DNA from: Candidatus Nomurabacteria bacterium
Lineage (GTDB): Bacteria; Patescibacteriota; Minisyncoccia; Phycocordibacterales; UBA9973
DNA length: 64,000 nucleotides
Assembly: GCA_026395915.1 (NCBI GenBank)
Contig: JAPLXU010000020.1
Coordinates: 18,729-82,728 of the forward strand
Reading direction: 5' to 3'
The position numbers and the translations under genes were made by a program. Shown in pieces: positions 19,761 to 30,200 of this stretch (position 1 is its first letter; every line of letters starts with the position of its first letter). A model generated the notes under the pieces. The model worked only from the letters and a program-made list of their open reading frames with translations. It had not been told where the DNA came from and ran no database searches.

Positions 19761-20929
19761 AAAAATTAATAAAAGCTGAGGAAAAAAGGCAAAAAGGGGT
19801 TATCAATTTGATTCCTTCGGAAAATTATGTTTCGAAAGATGTTTTGACAGCGCTTGGGTCTATTTTTGATAATAAATATGCCGAGGGGTATCCGTATGCG
19901 AGATATTATGCCGGACAAAAGTATACGGACGAACTTGAAACTCTCTGCCAAAAGAGAGCTTTGAAACTTTTCAAACTGAAAGAAGATTTGTGGCATGCAA
20001 ACGTCCAACCTCTTTCCGGTTCGCCGGCGAATTTGGCGGTTTATCTCGCGCTTGTGCCAAAAGGAGGCAAGATCATGGGCTTGCCACTTTCTTCGGGCGG
20101 ACATCTGACGCATGGCCAGAAAGTTTCGATTACTGGCAAAATGTGGGAACAGCTTCCAATAAATTTGAATCCGAAAACAGAACTCATTGACTACGAAAAA
20201 ATGAAAGAAGATGCCATAAGAGAAAAACCTGTGGTTATCGTAGTGGGTTTCACGGCATATCCTCGTTTTGTTGATTTCAAAAAATGCCGAGAGATTGCTG
20301 ACGCTTCGGGCGCTTTTCTCATGGTAGATATGTCTCACTTTGCGGGATTGGTGGCTGGGGGTGTCTATCCGAGTCCGTTTGAATATGCGGACGTCGTTAC
20401 GACCACGACTCACAAGACTCTCCGCGGTCCGAGAAGCGCTATCATCTTTTCAAGAAAAGATAAAAAGTCCGGCGACAAAGATATTTCCGTTTTGATTGAC
20501 AAGGCGGTCTTTCCAGGACTCCAAGGCGGTCCGCATTTGGGACAAGTCGCGGGCGTGGCAGTTGCTCTCAAAGAAGACAATACTCCAGCATTCAAAAAAT
20601 ACGCAAAGCAAATCGTAAAAAATGCCAAAGCGTTGGCGGGAGAACTTTCAGAGTTGGGCTGGAGGATAGTCTCCGGTGGCACGGACTCGCACCTTATTTT
20701 GGTTGATACTTGGATGAACGGAAAAGGTATTCCCGGAAAAGAAGCGGAAGCTAAACTCGAAAAAGCCGGCATCATTTGCAACAAGAACACGATTCCTGGC
20801 GAGACCCGTTCGCCGTTTGATCCTTCTGGTATTCGCATCGGCACTCCGGCTGAAACTACTCGCGGCAAAAAAGAAAAAGATATGATTTTAATCGCTCGAA
20901 AAATTAATAGTACTTTAAGGGGGAAATAA
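19742..20929 (+). CDS. glyA: serine hydroxymethyltransferase
   Basis: LIPSENYVS, TTTHKTLRGPR PLP-lysine region. Confidence 0.9.
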   Translation: MHDKQIEKLIKAEEKRQKGVINLIPSENYVSKDVLTALGSIFDNKYAEGYPYARYYAGQKYTDELETLCQKRALKLFKLKEDLWHANVQPLSGSPANLAVYLALVPKGGKIMGLPLSSGGHLTHGQKVSITGKMWEQLPINLNPKTELIDYEKMKEDAIREKPVVIVVGFTAYPRFVDFKKCREIADASGAFLMVDMSHFAGLVAGGVYPSPFEYADVVTTTTHKTLRGPRSAIIFSRKDKKSGDKDISVLIDKAVFPGLQGGPHLGQVAGVAVALKEDNTPAFKKYAKQIVKNAKALAGELSELGWRIVSGGTDSHLILVDTWMNGKGIPGKEAEAKLEKAGIICNKNTIPGETRSPFDPSGIRIGTPAETTRGKKEKDMILIARKINSTLRGK

Positions 20930-20933
20930 ATTT

Positions 20934-21635
20934 ATGAAAAGCGAAAAAAAAGTTATTGTCATAACGGGAGGGAATAGCGGATTGGGCAAAGCCACAGCTG
21001 AAATCTTGGCTCCAAAAAATCACGTTGTTATTTTGGGCAAAAACACGACGGAAGTGATGGCGACAGCAAAAGAACTTAAATGCGATGGAATTATTTGCGA
21101 TATCACCAACGCCGAGCAAGTGGAAAGCGCGTTTTCGCAAGTTCTGAAAAAATATGAAAAAGTTGATTGCTTGATAAATTGCGCCGGAGTCTGGATTAAG
21201 GGTCCAATCGGAGAAAATAATCCTGAAGAGGTAAAAAATGCTATTTTGGTAAATACATTCGGAACGATGCTGACGACGAACACGCTCGTGCCACACCTTA
21301 AAAAACAAAAACACGGAAGAATTATAAATATCAGTTCGAGGGCTGGTCTCAACGCAAGAGCTGAGCGTTCTGTCTACAATGCTTCGAAATGGGCGGTGAC
21401 CGGTTTTACAAAATGTCTGCAAATGGAACTCGCGCCATTTGGCATAAGCGTTGTCGGTTTTTATCCGGGATTTATGCATACCGATCTTTTTGAAAAAGCG
21501 GGAGATCATAAAGAAAATTTCAATATGGCGATGCCAGTCGAAAAGCCGGCCAAAGCCTTGGCGTATTTGGTGGATGTTGATGAAGATTTATTGATTAACT
21601 CGTTTGAAATGGAATCTTTACGGGAGGCGAAATAA
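20934..21635 (+). CDS. short-chain dehydrogenase/reductase (SDR)
   Basis: TGGNSGLGKA Rossmann motif, YNASKWAV catalytic YxxxK. Confidence 0.8.
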   Translation: MKSEKKVIVITGGNSGLGKATAEILAPKNHVVILGKNTTEVMATAKELKCDGIICDITNAEQVESAFSQVLKKYEKVDCLINCAGVWIKGPIGENNPEEVKNAILVNTFGTMLTTNTLVPHLKKQKHGRIINISSRAGLNARAERSVYNASKWAVTGFTKCLQMELAPFGISVVGFYPGFMHTDLFEKAGDHKENFNMAMPVEKPAKALAYLVDVDEDLLINSFEMESLREAK

Positions 21636-21652
21636 AGATTAATAAGTTCGTT

Positions 21653-22063
21653 ATGAAAATATATTTCTCAGGATCAATACGAGGCGGGAGGGATCACAAA
21701 GAATTTTATTCTAAGATAATTGCTTTGCTGAAAAATTACGGAGAAGTTTTGACAGAGCATATCGGCGATCATAAATTGACTGCCATGGGAGAAATTGGTG
21801 TCACCGATGAATATGTCTACGAACGCGACATGAATTGGCTCAAAGAATCCGATGTGGTTGTGGCTGATGTGACTACTCCAAGTGTGGGGGTAGGTTATGA
21901 AATTGCTTTTGCGGAAATGTTGAAGAAAAAAGTACTTTGTTTGTACAAACAAGGAAGTGAAAAGAGAATTTCCGGAATGATAAACGGCAATAAAAATATA
22001 ATGGTTAAAACTTATGAGGCAGTGGAGGATTTGTCAAAAATTTTAAAAGACTTTTTCAAATAA
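21653..22063 (+). CDS. 2'-deoxynucleoside 5'-phosphate N-hydrolase (DNPH1/Rcl-like; nucleoside 2-deoxyribosyltransferase superfamily)
   Basis: YFSGSIRGGRD ... GEVLTEH ... DVVVADVTTPSVGVGYE closely parallels human DNPH1 YFCGSIRGGRED...GTVLTEH...DVVVAEVTQPSLGVGYE. Confidence 0.75.
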   Translation: MKIYFSGSIRGGRDHKEFYSKIIALLKNYGEVLTEHIGDHKLTAMGEIGVTDEYVYERDMNWLKESDVVVADVTTPSVGVGYEIAFAEMLKKKVLCLYKQGSEKRISGMINGNKNIMVKTYEAVEDLSKILKDFFK

Positions 22064-22096
22064 TTTTCTATTTCGTTCCTTTTCTGCTATACCCGT

Positions 22097-22129
22097 ACAC
22101 TTATTTTGAATTAGGAAAAAAATAAGTGT
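22097..22129 (+). terminator. AT-rich hairpin acacttatttt-N11-aaaataagtgt between DNPH1-like and tmk-like genes
   Basis: 11-bp perfect inverted repeat read directly. Confidence 0.45.
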
Positions 22130-22146
22130 TGGGGTATATTTTCTAT

Positions 22147-22839
22147 ATGGCGAAACGAGGGAAGCTCATAGTTATAGACGGCACGGACAGTAGCGGGAAG
22201 GCTACGCAGACTGAATTTCTGATCAAGCATTTGAGACGTGACGGACGAAAGGTAAAAGTCGTCGATTTTCCGGATTACTATTCGAATTTTTTCGGCAAAT
22301 TCATCGGGCACTGCCTTTCCGAACAGTATTACAATTTCGTGAAAGTGCATCCGAAGATCGCTTCTGTGCTTTATGCGGCGGATCGTTTTGAATCAAGGGA
22401 TAAAATCAAAAAGTGGCTCATGGCTGGCAACATAGTCATCGCAAACAGATACGCGAGCGCGAACCAAATTCACCAGGGTGGAAAAATTGCCAACACAAAA
22501 AAAAGGGAAGCTTTCTTGAAGTGGCTCGCGGAGATGGAGTATGAAGTTTTTAAAATTCCAAGACCAGATGTTGTCATTTATTTGGATGTTCCCATTCCGA
22601 TAATTTTAAAACTGATCAGAGAAAGAAATAAAAATGGAAACAGAAAATATTTGGGCAAGAAAAAAGATGTCCACGAAAAAGATGTTAATTTTTTGGAAAA
22701 TTCAAGGAAAAGTGCATTGTGGTTATCGAATACTCAGAGGGGCTGGATAAAAATAGAATGCGCAAAGGGTGGCGAGCTAGATACTCGTGAAAATATCCAC
22801 GAGAAAATTTATGAAAAAATTAGAAAAATCATAAAATGA
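22147..22839 (+). CDS. thymidylate kinase-like P-loop nucleotide kinase
   Basis: KLIVIDGTDSSGKATQ P-loop resembling tmk GxDGxGKTTQ; 230 aa. Confidence 0.6.
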   Translation: MAKRGKLIVIDGTDSSGKATQTEFLIKHLRRDGRKVKVVDFPDYYSNFFGKFIGHCLSEQYYNFVKVHPKIASVLYAADRFESRDKIKKWLMAGNIVIANRYASANQIHQGGKIANTKKREAFLKWLAEMEYEVFKIPRPDVVIYLDVPIPIILKLIRERNKNGNRKYLGKKKDVHEKDVNFLENSRKSALWLSNTQRGWIKIECAKGGELDTRENIHEKIYEKIRKIIK

Positions 22840-22840
22840 A

Positions 22841-23323
22841 ATGAAAATTCCAATTGTAAATGAACAAGATGAAATAATAAGATACGAAGATCGGGAAACA
22901 AGAAATCCGAAAGATATTTGTCGAATTACTGGACTTTGGATTACAGACCATGAAGAAAATATACTTTTAGCTCAAAGAGCTTTTACTAAGAAACTTAGTC
23001 CGGGGCTTTGGGGGCCAGCTGTTGCAGGAACCGTGGAAGAAGGAGAGACCTATGAATCTAATATCCTAAAGGAAGTAAAAGAAGAAATAGGTCTGACAGG
23101 ATTAAAACTAGTGCTTGGTCCAAAAGTTAGAAGATCTACAAGTCATGAGTATTTTGTGCAATGGTTTACTGCTGTCGTTGATCATGATTATCCATTTGTA
23201 AAGAAAGATGATGAGGTGGAATCAATCAGATGGTTTTCTAAAGAAGAAGTTCTAAAGCTGTTAGAGAAAAAACCAGAAATGTTTTTGGCGAATTTTAAAC
23301 AATATAAAGAATATTTTTTTTAA
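22841..23323 (+). CDS. NUDIX hydrolase
   Basis: Nudix box GTVEEGETYESNILKEVKEEIGL. Confidence 0.75.
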   Translation: MKIPIVNEQDEIIRYEDRETRNPKDICRITGLWITDHEENILLAQRAFTKKLSPGLWGPAVAGTVEEGETYESNILKEVKEEIGLTGLKLVLGPKVRRSTSHEYFVQWFTAVVDHDYPFVKKDDEVESIRWFSKEEVLKLLEKKPEMFLANFKQYKEYFF

Positions 23324-23324
23324 A

Positions 23325-23747
23325 ATGAAAATCAAGGTTAAAAAACTGAAAGAGAACGCGAAGTTGCCTAAATACCATCACCCGGGGGACGTGGGGATGG
23401 ATTTGTATTCGATGGAAACTGTGACGATAAAACCGGGAGAACATTGTCGTTTCTGGCATGGTTTTGCGCTGGAATTTCCGGAAGGCTACGCGGCTATCAT
23501 TATGGACAAGAGTGGAATTTCCAAGGCTGGTTTGAAAAGCATGGGCGGAGTTTATGACGCAGGTTATCGCGGAGAGTACAATACGCAGTTAGTAAATTTG
23601 TCTGATGAGAGTTATACTTTTGAGGAAGGCGACAAGGTTTCCCAGCTCGTGATTGTGCCAATTGCGATAGTCGAGCTTGAAGAAACGGACAAGTTGAGCG
23701 AGTCGGCTCGCGGAGAAGGAAAGTTTGGAAGCACAGGACGAAAATAG
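23325..23747 (+). CDS. dut: dUTP diphosphatase (dUTPase/dCTP deaminase fold)
   Basis: HPGDVGMDLYS, 140 aa trimeric dUTPase-like motifs. Confidence 0.75.
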   Translation: MKIKVKKLKENAKLPKYHHPGDVGMDLYSMETVTIKPGEHCRFWHGFALEFPEGYAAIIMDKSGISKAGLKSMGGVYDAGYRGEYNTQLVNLSDESYTFEEGDKVSQLVIVPIAIVELEETDKLSESARGEGKFGSTGRK

Positions 23748-23784
23748 GTTTTAAAGGCTAGGTTCTAGCTTCTAGGAAAATAAA

Positions 23785-25578
23785 ATGCAAGAAAAAATAG
23801 AAAAATTAATAAAAGATGTTTTATCTGAAATGTTTGATCCAGATGAAAATCTAAATTATACATTAGAACATCCGTCCGATCTAAAAAATGGAGATTATTC
23901 CACAAATGTGGCGATGGTGTTTTTCTCTACTTTAAGACAAGATGTAAGAAAAAGTATAGGCTCAGATAATATTAATATTTCAGGTGATTATAATCTTGGA
24001 CATTTTGAGTGGAAAACACCGAGAGACTGTGCAGAATCTATTAAAAATAAAATTCTGGAAAATAAACCAGATTTTTTAGCAGATATCCAAATCGCGGGCG
24101 CTGGCTTTATCAATTTTCATTTGTCACGAAAATTTTTCGGCAGGAGCGTTGAGAAAATTTTGAACGATGGGGAAAATTTCGGGAAAAATAATTTATTGAA
24201 AGGAAAAAAGGTGATGGTGGAATATACTGATCCAAATCCTTTCAAACCGTTTCACATTGGGCATTTAATGACGAATACGATAGGTGAATCAGTCGCAAGA
24301 ATTTTAGAATTTTCCGGCGCTGATGTGGCGCGGGCGAACTATCAGGGCGATGTCGGGCTCCATGTGGCGAAAGCTATTTATGGTCTTCTCAAAAATGAAA
24401 ATTTGCAGAGCAAGAAAGGTTCTCACAATTTACAGGCGGAAAATATCGGTCAAGCCTATGTGTTTGGCGCGGGAGCTTATGAAGATAATCTAGAGGCAAA
24501 AAAAGAAATTGATGCGATAAACAAAAAAATTTACAACAAAAGCGATAAAAAAATAAATGAAATCTATGAATGGGGTTTTGATGTGACAATGGAAGCTTTT
24601 GAAGATTTGTACAAAATGCTCGGCACGAAATTTGATTTGTATTTTCTGGAAAGCCAAATGATGTTGATCGGAGAAAAAATTGTTCATGCGAATGTAGATA
24701 AAATTTTTGAAAAATCCGACGGCGCTGTCGTTTTCAAGGCTGAAAAATACGACCCGAAACTTCACACACGAGTTTTTATCACCTCACAAGACTTGCCGAC
24801 GTACGAGACAAAAGAGCTCGGGTTGACAGAAGAAAAATTCAAGACCGATCCGGACATGGATTTGTCTATCGTGGTTACGGCGAGCGAACAGATGGAATAT
24901 ATGCGTGTGGTCGCGAAAGCCATTTCGCTCATTCATCCGGAATTTGAAAAAAGAATGAAGCACATCACTCATGGCATGATGCGTTTTGCTTCAGGCAAGA
25001 TGGGTTCTCGCAAGGGGAATGTGATCACCGGCGAGTCTCTCTTGAACGATGTTCGCGATATGGTTTCGGAAAAAATGACTGACCGCGATTTTTCCATAGT
25101 CGAACAAGAAAAGATAGCGACTGATGTCGGTGTGTCTGCGATAAAATATTCAGTTTTGAAGCAAGCTATCGGTGGAGACATCATTTATGATTTCGAAAAA
25201 TCTATTTCTTTCGAAGGGGATTCCGGTCCGTATCTGCAATATTCTCACGCTCGCGCGAATTCAATTTTGGAAAAAGCGCAAAAAGAAAATATTTTGCCTG
25301 ATCCGCACGCAATGCCTTCAGAAATTTTCGAGGTGGAAAAATTATTGTACAAATTTCCCGAAATTGTTCTGCGTTCCGTGGAAGAATATGAACCGCACTA
25401 TGTCGCGAATTATTTGATAGAAGTCGCCCGCGCCTACAACAGCTTTTACGGGAACAATTTGATCGTTGACAAAAAAGACAAAACTTCCGGCTACAAAGTG
25501 GCTATCACTTATGCCTTTACTTTTGTGATGAAAAACGGTTTGCACCTCCTCGGCATCGAAGCCCCAAAGAAAATGTAA
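23785..25578 (+). CDS. argS: arginine--tRNA ligase
   Basis: class I HIGH-like PNPFKPFHIGHLMTNTIGE, DALR C-terminal region; 597 aa. Confidence 0.9.
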   Translation: MQEKIEKLIKDVLSEMFDPDENLNYTLEHPSDLKNGDYSTNVAMVFFSTLRQDVRKSIGSDNINISGDYNLGHFEWKTPRDCAESIKNKILENKPDFLADIQIAGAGFINFHLSRKFFGRSVEKILNDGENFGKNNLLKGKKVMVEYTDPNPFKPFHIGHLMTNTIGESVARILEFSGADVARANYQGDVGLHVAKAIYGLLKNENLQSKKGSHNLQAENIGQAYVFGAGAYEDNLEAKKEIDAINKKIYNKSDKKINEIYEWGFDVTMEAFEDLYKMLGTKFDLYFLESQMMLIGEKIVHANVDKIFEKSDGAVVFKAEKYDPKLHTRVFITSQDLPTYETKELGLTEEKFKTDPDMDLSIVVTASEQMEYMRVVAKAISLIHPEFEKRMKHITHGMMRFASGKMGSRKGNVITGESLLNDVRDMVSEKMTDRDFSIVEQEKIATDVGVSAIKYSVLKQAIGGDIIYDFEKSISFEGDSGPYLQYSHARANSILEKAQKENILPDPHAMPSEIFEVEKLLYKFPEIVLRSVEEYEPHYVANYLIEVARAYNSFYGNNLIVDKKDKTSGYKVAITYAFTFVMKNGLHLLGIEAPKKM

Positions 25579-27176
25579 TGACTCAAGATCAAGCGTTAAA
25601 TATTTTAAAAACAGGTGCGAATATTTTTCTGACTGGCGAGCCGGGGGCTGGAAAAACGCACACGATAAATACTTTTGTGGATTATCTGCGATCTTGTGAC
25701 GTAGAGCCGGCTATCACTGCTTCGACAGGCATCGCGGCTACGCATATCGGCGGAATGACGATCCATTCTTGGAGCGGAATAGGCGTTCGGAAAAAATTGG
25801 ACAAATACGATTTGGACAAAATCACGAGCAGTGAATATATTTCAAGGCGCATACTCCGCACTCGGGTGCTCATTATTGATGAGATTTCCATGCTCTCCAC
25901 GGACATGCTCGACATGGTGGACGCGGTTTGCAGAGAAGTAAAACAAAACGATGAAGCTTTTGGCGGTATTCAAATTATTCTCGTTGGCGATTTTTTTCAG
26001 TTACCGCCGATTGTGAAAAAAGAAGAGCCGAATAAACAAGCAACTTTCCTTGCGGAAGTCCGACTTTCGCGGATTTTTGCTTACAGTTCCGGCGCTTGGG
26101 AGAGGGCTCGACCTGTCGTTTGTTATTTGAGCGAACAGCATCGGCAAGATGACGCTGATTTTCTTTCACTCCTTTCGGCTATTCGCGCTGATGATGTTTC
26201 GGAAGCGCATCAAAGTTTTATAAATGCCAGACAGATTGATCATGATGATATGCCGGAAAATATCACAAAACTTTTTTCGCACAATGTTGATGTGGATAGA
26301 GTGAACGACGCTGAGCTTGCAAAATTAGAGGAAGAAAAAAAGTCTTTCAAGATGTCTGCGAGCGGGAATGAAAAATTAGTGGAGACGCTCAAGAGAGGTT
26401 GTTTGTCGCCGGAAAATCTCGAGCTCAAAATCGGGGCGGTAGTTATGTGCACCAAGAATAATCCGAAAGAAAGATTTGTGAATGGCACTCTCGGGACTGT
26501 CATAGGCTATGAAGAATTCAGTGGACAACCTATCGTTAAAACGAGAAATGGGCGGAACATAGTTGTCGCGCCGATGGACTGGACGGTGGAAGAAAATGGA
26601 AAAATTCGCGCGCAGATAACTCAGATTCCGCTTCGGCTCGCTTGGGCTATCACTGTGCACAAAAGTCAGGGGATGAGCATGGATGCGGCAGTGATGGATC
26701 TGTCGCAAGTGTTTGAGTTTGGACAAGGTTATGTGGCGCTTTCTCGAGTTCGCAGGCTCTCAGGTCTCTATCTGCTCGGCATAAATGAACATGCGCTCAA
26801 AGTGCATCCAGAAATTTTGAAAAAAGATATTGATTTCAAGAAAAAATCCAGCGAAGCGGAGCAAGTTTTCGGCAAGATTTTGGAAAATGATCTCAAAAAA
26901 ATGCACGAGAACTTTGTCGTTGCTTGTGGAGGGAAAATTAGAAAGGACAGAAAGGCCGATTTGGGAGCTCGGCTCCCAAATCGGCCTTCAGCCGAACCCT
27001 TCTCCGAAATCAGGGAGAAACATCCAAACGCGTATCGTCCGTGGGATAAGGAACAAGACGAAGAATTGGGAAAAATGTTCATAGGAGGTTCGTCCATCCC
27101 CGACCTAGTAAAAAAATTCGGCAGAAAAAGGGGAGGAATAACAGCGAGATTAAAAAAACTCGGGTTGAGGGAATAG
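25578..27176 (+). CDS. PIF1/RecD-family helicase with C-terminal HTH_40-like tail
   Basis: Walker A GEPGAGKTHT, VHKSQGMSMDAAV, YVALSRVRRLSGLYL; C-terminal ...GSSIPDLVKKFGRKRGGITARLKKLGL; TAATG overlap with argS. Confidence 0.8.
   Translation: MTQDQALNILKTGANIFLTGEPGAGKTHTINTFVDYLRSCDVEPAITASTGIAATHIGGMTIHSWSGIGVRKKLDKYDLDKITSSEYISRRILRTRVLIIDEISMLSTDMLDMVDAVCREVKQNDEAFGGIQIILVGDFFQLPPIVKKEEPNKQATFLAEVRLSRIFAYSSGAWERARPVVCYLSEQHRQDDADFLSLLSAIRADDVSEAHQSFINARQIDHDDMPENITKLFSHNVDVDRVNDAELAKLEEEKKSFKMSASGNEKLVETLKRGCLSPENLELKIGAVVMCTKNNPKERFVNGTLGTVIGYEEFSGQPIVKTRNGRNIVVAPMDWTVEENGKIRAQITQIPLRLAWAITVHKSQGMSMDAAVMDLSQVFEFGQGYVALSRVRRLSGLYLLGINEHALKVHPEILKKDIDFKKKSSEAEQVFGKILENDLKKMHENFVVACGGKIRKDRKADLGARLPNRPSAEPFSEIREKHPNAYRPWDKEQDEELGKMFIGGSSIPDLVKKFGRKRGGITARLKKLGLRE
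26953..26987. repeat. perfect 16-bp-stem palindrome aggccgatttgggagc-tcg-gctcccaaatcggcct inside helicase C-terminal extension (in-frame)
   Basis: read directly; GC-rich island within AT-rich CDS. Confidence 0.8.
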
Positions 27177-27185
27177 TTATCCACA
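27177..27185 (+). promoter_or_regulatory. TTATCCACA 9-mer immediately after helicase stop, upstream of lipase-like surface protein gene
   Basis: agTTATCCACA, same flanking AG as copies at 56616 and 62084. Confidence 0.4.
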
Positions 27186-27248
27186 CTTTAATCCCTTTTA
27201 TCTTAGAGTTTGTGAGATAATGAATTTATATAAATAATTTTTAATTCG

Positions 27249-30200
27249 ATGAGTATACGAAAATTTGTTTTCTTGTTTTCGTTTATCATTTTTCTCTCCT
27301 TCGCTCCGAAGGTATTTGCCGAGACTCATGTGTCGGGGAATATAGACACAAACACAACTTGGAGTTTGGCTAATAGTCCGTATGTGGTGGATAACACAGT
27401 TATTATTCTTGCAGGAAATACACTTACTGTTGAACCTGGGGTTATCATGAAGTTCTCTTCTAGTTTTGGGAGTTTGGAAGTCGAAGGTACGTTAGATGTT
27501 CCTGGCACAGCAAAATTACCTATTGTTTTCACTTCATACAAAGATGACAACGCGGGAGGTGATACAAATGCCGACGGGACAGCTTCTTTTCCTGAATCTT
27601 TAGATTGGAGAGGAATTATTTTTCATCCTAATTCTGTTGGAAATATTTCCCACGCTTCAATACTTTTTGGCGGGCAATATATTTTCATGTCCTCAGGTTT
27701 CGTTTCTTTTCCTATGATTAGACAAAATGGCGGAACGCTTGCACTTGATAATGTCGAGCTGAGTCCTTACACTTCGCTTGTGGACGGACTCGGGCAAACT
27801 GATGGAAATACTACGATTGCAAATTCACAAATAAAGAATGCGGGGAATAGTATCTCTATCTCTGGTGGCGCTCTTTCTATCCATGGCAGCGTTATTGATG
27901 GAATTAACTATGCACTTAAAAATGACAGCGCGAATATGGTTGATGCGAAAAATAACTGGTGGAGCGATCCTTCTGGTCCTACGCATATAAACAATCCTAA
28001 TGGTGTCGGTGGCCGTATTTCTGGCGACGTATCGTTTTCTCCTTGGCTTAATGTCGATCCGACCATTGCTTTGATAACACTTTCCGCGTCTCCGGATGTA
28101 GGCTTCTCTGGAGATGCGACTAACGCTAGTATTGAACCAAACTTTGGAAACACTGGCACCGTCTTCACATTTAAAACGGTTTATACCAATTCTTTCAATC
28201 AATCGCCAACGAGTGTGCGTCTTGTGATAACAAGAGGCGACAGCAATGCGCCGTGCCAAGCGATAGGCGGTGGAGGTCCGCCACAACCTGCTTTTTTCTT
28301 CAAACAAATTTTTGCTATTACCGCATACGCTTCGGAAGATGACGGATGCGTGATGAGTTTAGACATGAATAGCTCAGCAATATTGCATGACGGTGATTAT
28401 GCCAATGGAGAACAATATGTCATTAAGCAAAAATTTCCTGTCGGAAATTACAAGTATCGTATAGAAGCGGATAATACGCGATACCCAGAAACTGGAAGTT
28501 TTGCATTTCAAGTGAACGAAGATTGTTGCTCAAGCATTCTTTTCTTGCCAGGGATTGAAGCGAGCAGATTGTATAAGCAAAAAACAGCGCTTGGTTTGCT
28601 GGTGGAAGATCAGCTTTGGGAACCGAATGTAAACAGTGATGTGGAAGATTTATATCTGAATATCGACGGGACGAGCAAAAATTCGAATATTTATACGAGA
28701 GATATTATAAAAGAAAGCAATGTTCCGATTCCGATGGGTCCTCTTGGGCAGAACATTTATAAAAGTTTTTCCAATGCGATGGATGGGTTGGTTGATGATG
28801 AAAAAATCGGCGAGTGGAAACCGTTTGCTTATGATTGGCGACAAAGTGTCGATGATATTGTAAATAACGGAACAAAGTATCAAAGTGGCAATGTGTCGCT
28901 CGTCGCTACATTGCAATCACTTGTCAATTCAACTAAAAATAAAAATGGAAAAGTAACAATTGTCGCGCACAGCAATGGTGGACTTTTAGCTAAAGCTCTT
29001 TTGAAAAAACTTCAGGACGATAAAGTTGCGGGAAGAAATAATTTGATTGACAGTGTGGATGTGTTGATTTTAGTTGCAACGCCGGAGATAGGCACAGCAA
29101 GCGCCGTGCCGGTGGTGTTGCATGGATATGATCAAGAAATTGCGGGCGGTTGGTTGATGGATGAAGTTCGCGCTAGGGAAGTGGGGCGAAACATGCTTGG
29201 AGCCTTCGGACTTTTGCCGAGCAGAGAATACATCAATAGGGTAAGCGCTTCGCCAGTGACATTTGTGGATAACTTAATTCCTTCGAATGTCACAACGAAA
29301 CTTGTCAAAACTTTCGGCAGCGCGATTGATTCGTATGCCGAATATAAAAGTTTTCTTTTTGGCGGAGAGGGGAGGATAAATCCAACAATAAGCCAAACAA
29401 ATTTACCGATTAGTTTGTCGCAAAGTTTGTTTGCTAAAACAGAAAGTTTGCATGATAGCATTGACTCTTTTGTTCCGCCGGCGAGTTTGCGAGTGATTGA
29501 AGTCGCTGGTTGGGGATTGGACACCATTGCCAGTTTTGAATATTATCCGAGATTAGATTGTGGTAGTAATCTTTGCGCTTCGTATATATTAGACGAACGG
29601 CCTCGTTTTACTTCAGATGGAGACAAAACAGTGGTTGTCCCAAGCGCGCAATATATGAGTGTTAATGGAAATGCGGAGAAATATTGGGTGGATTTACCCG
29701 TCCACAATAGACAATTACCATTAGGATTAAGAAGAAATAGAAATCATGGAGATATTTTAGAAGTTACTTCATTAAATAATTTGATTCAGTCTGTTGTAGA
29801 GAAAAAGGATATCATCTTTGATGATGTTTTGAAAAACTCTGAACCCGCAGACAACTCAAATCGTTTAAGATTGTCCATTCACTCACCAGTTACACTAGAT
29901 GCATACGATGCAAATGGAAATCACACAGGAAAAATTTGTCCGCTAACCTCAGACTTTTGTTACAAAGAAGAAAATATTGTCAATTCGTCTTATGTGGAAT
30001 TTGGAGAAGGAAAATATCTCAATCTTCCGGAAGATCAAATGAAAAGTATCAAACTTCAGGGCACAGATGTGGGAACATTTACATACAGTTCAGAAAAAGT
30101 TTTGCCAAATGGAACTTCTATTACTTCATTTTTTGTAGATATTCCTGTAACAACACAGACACAAGCACAGATAATTCTTAATCCAAGCACTCAAACACCG

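Noticed and set aside
28262-28285. Short GC hairpin (ggcgg-tggaggt-ccgcc) with T-run inside the lipase gene, possible further hairpin-element copy or internal terminator
   Set aside because: Stem only 5 bp; encodes a plausible Gly-Pro linker; too weak to call.
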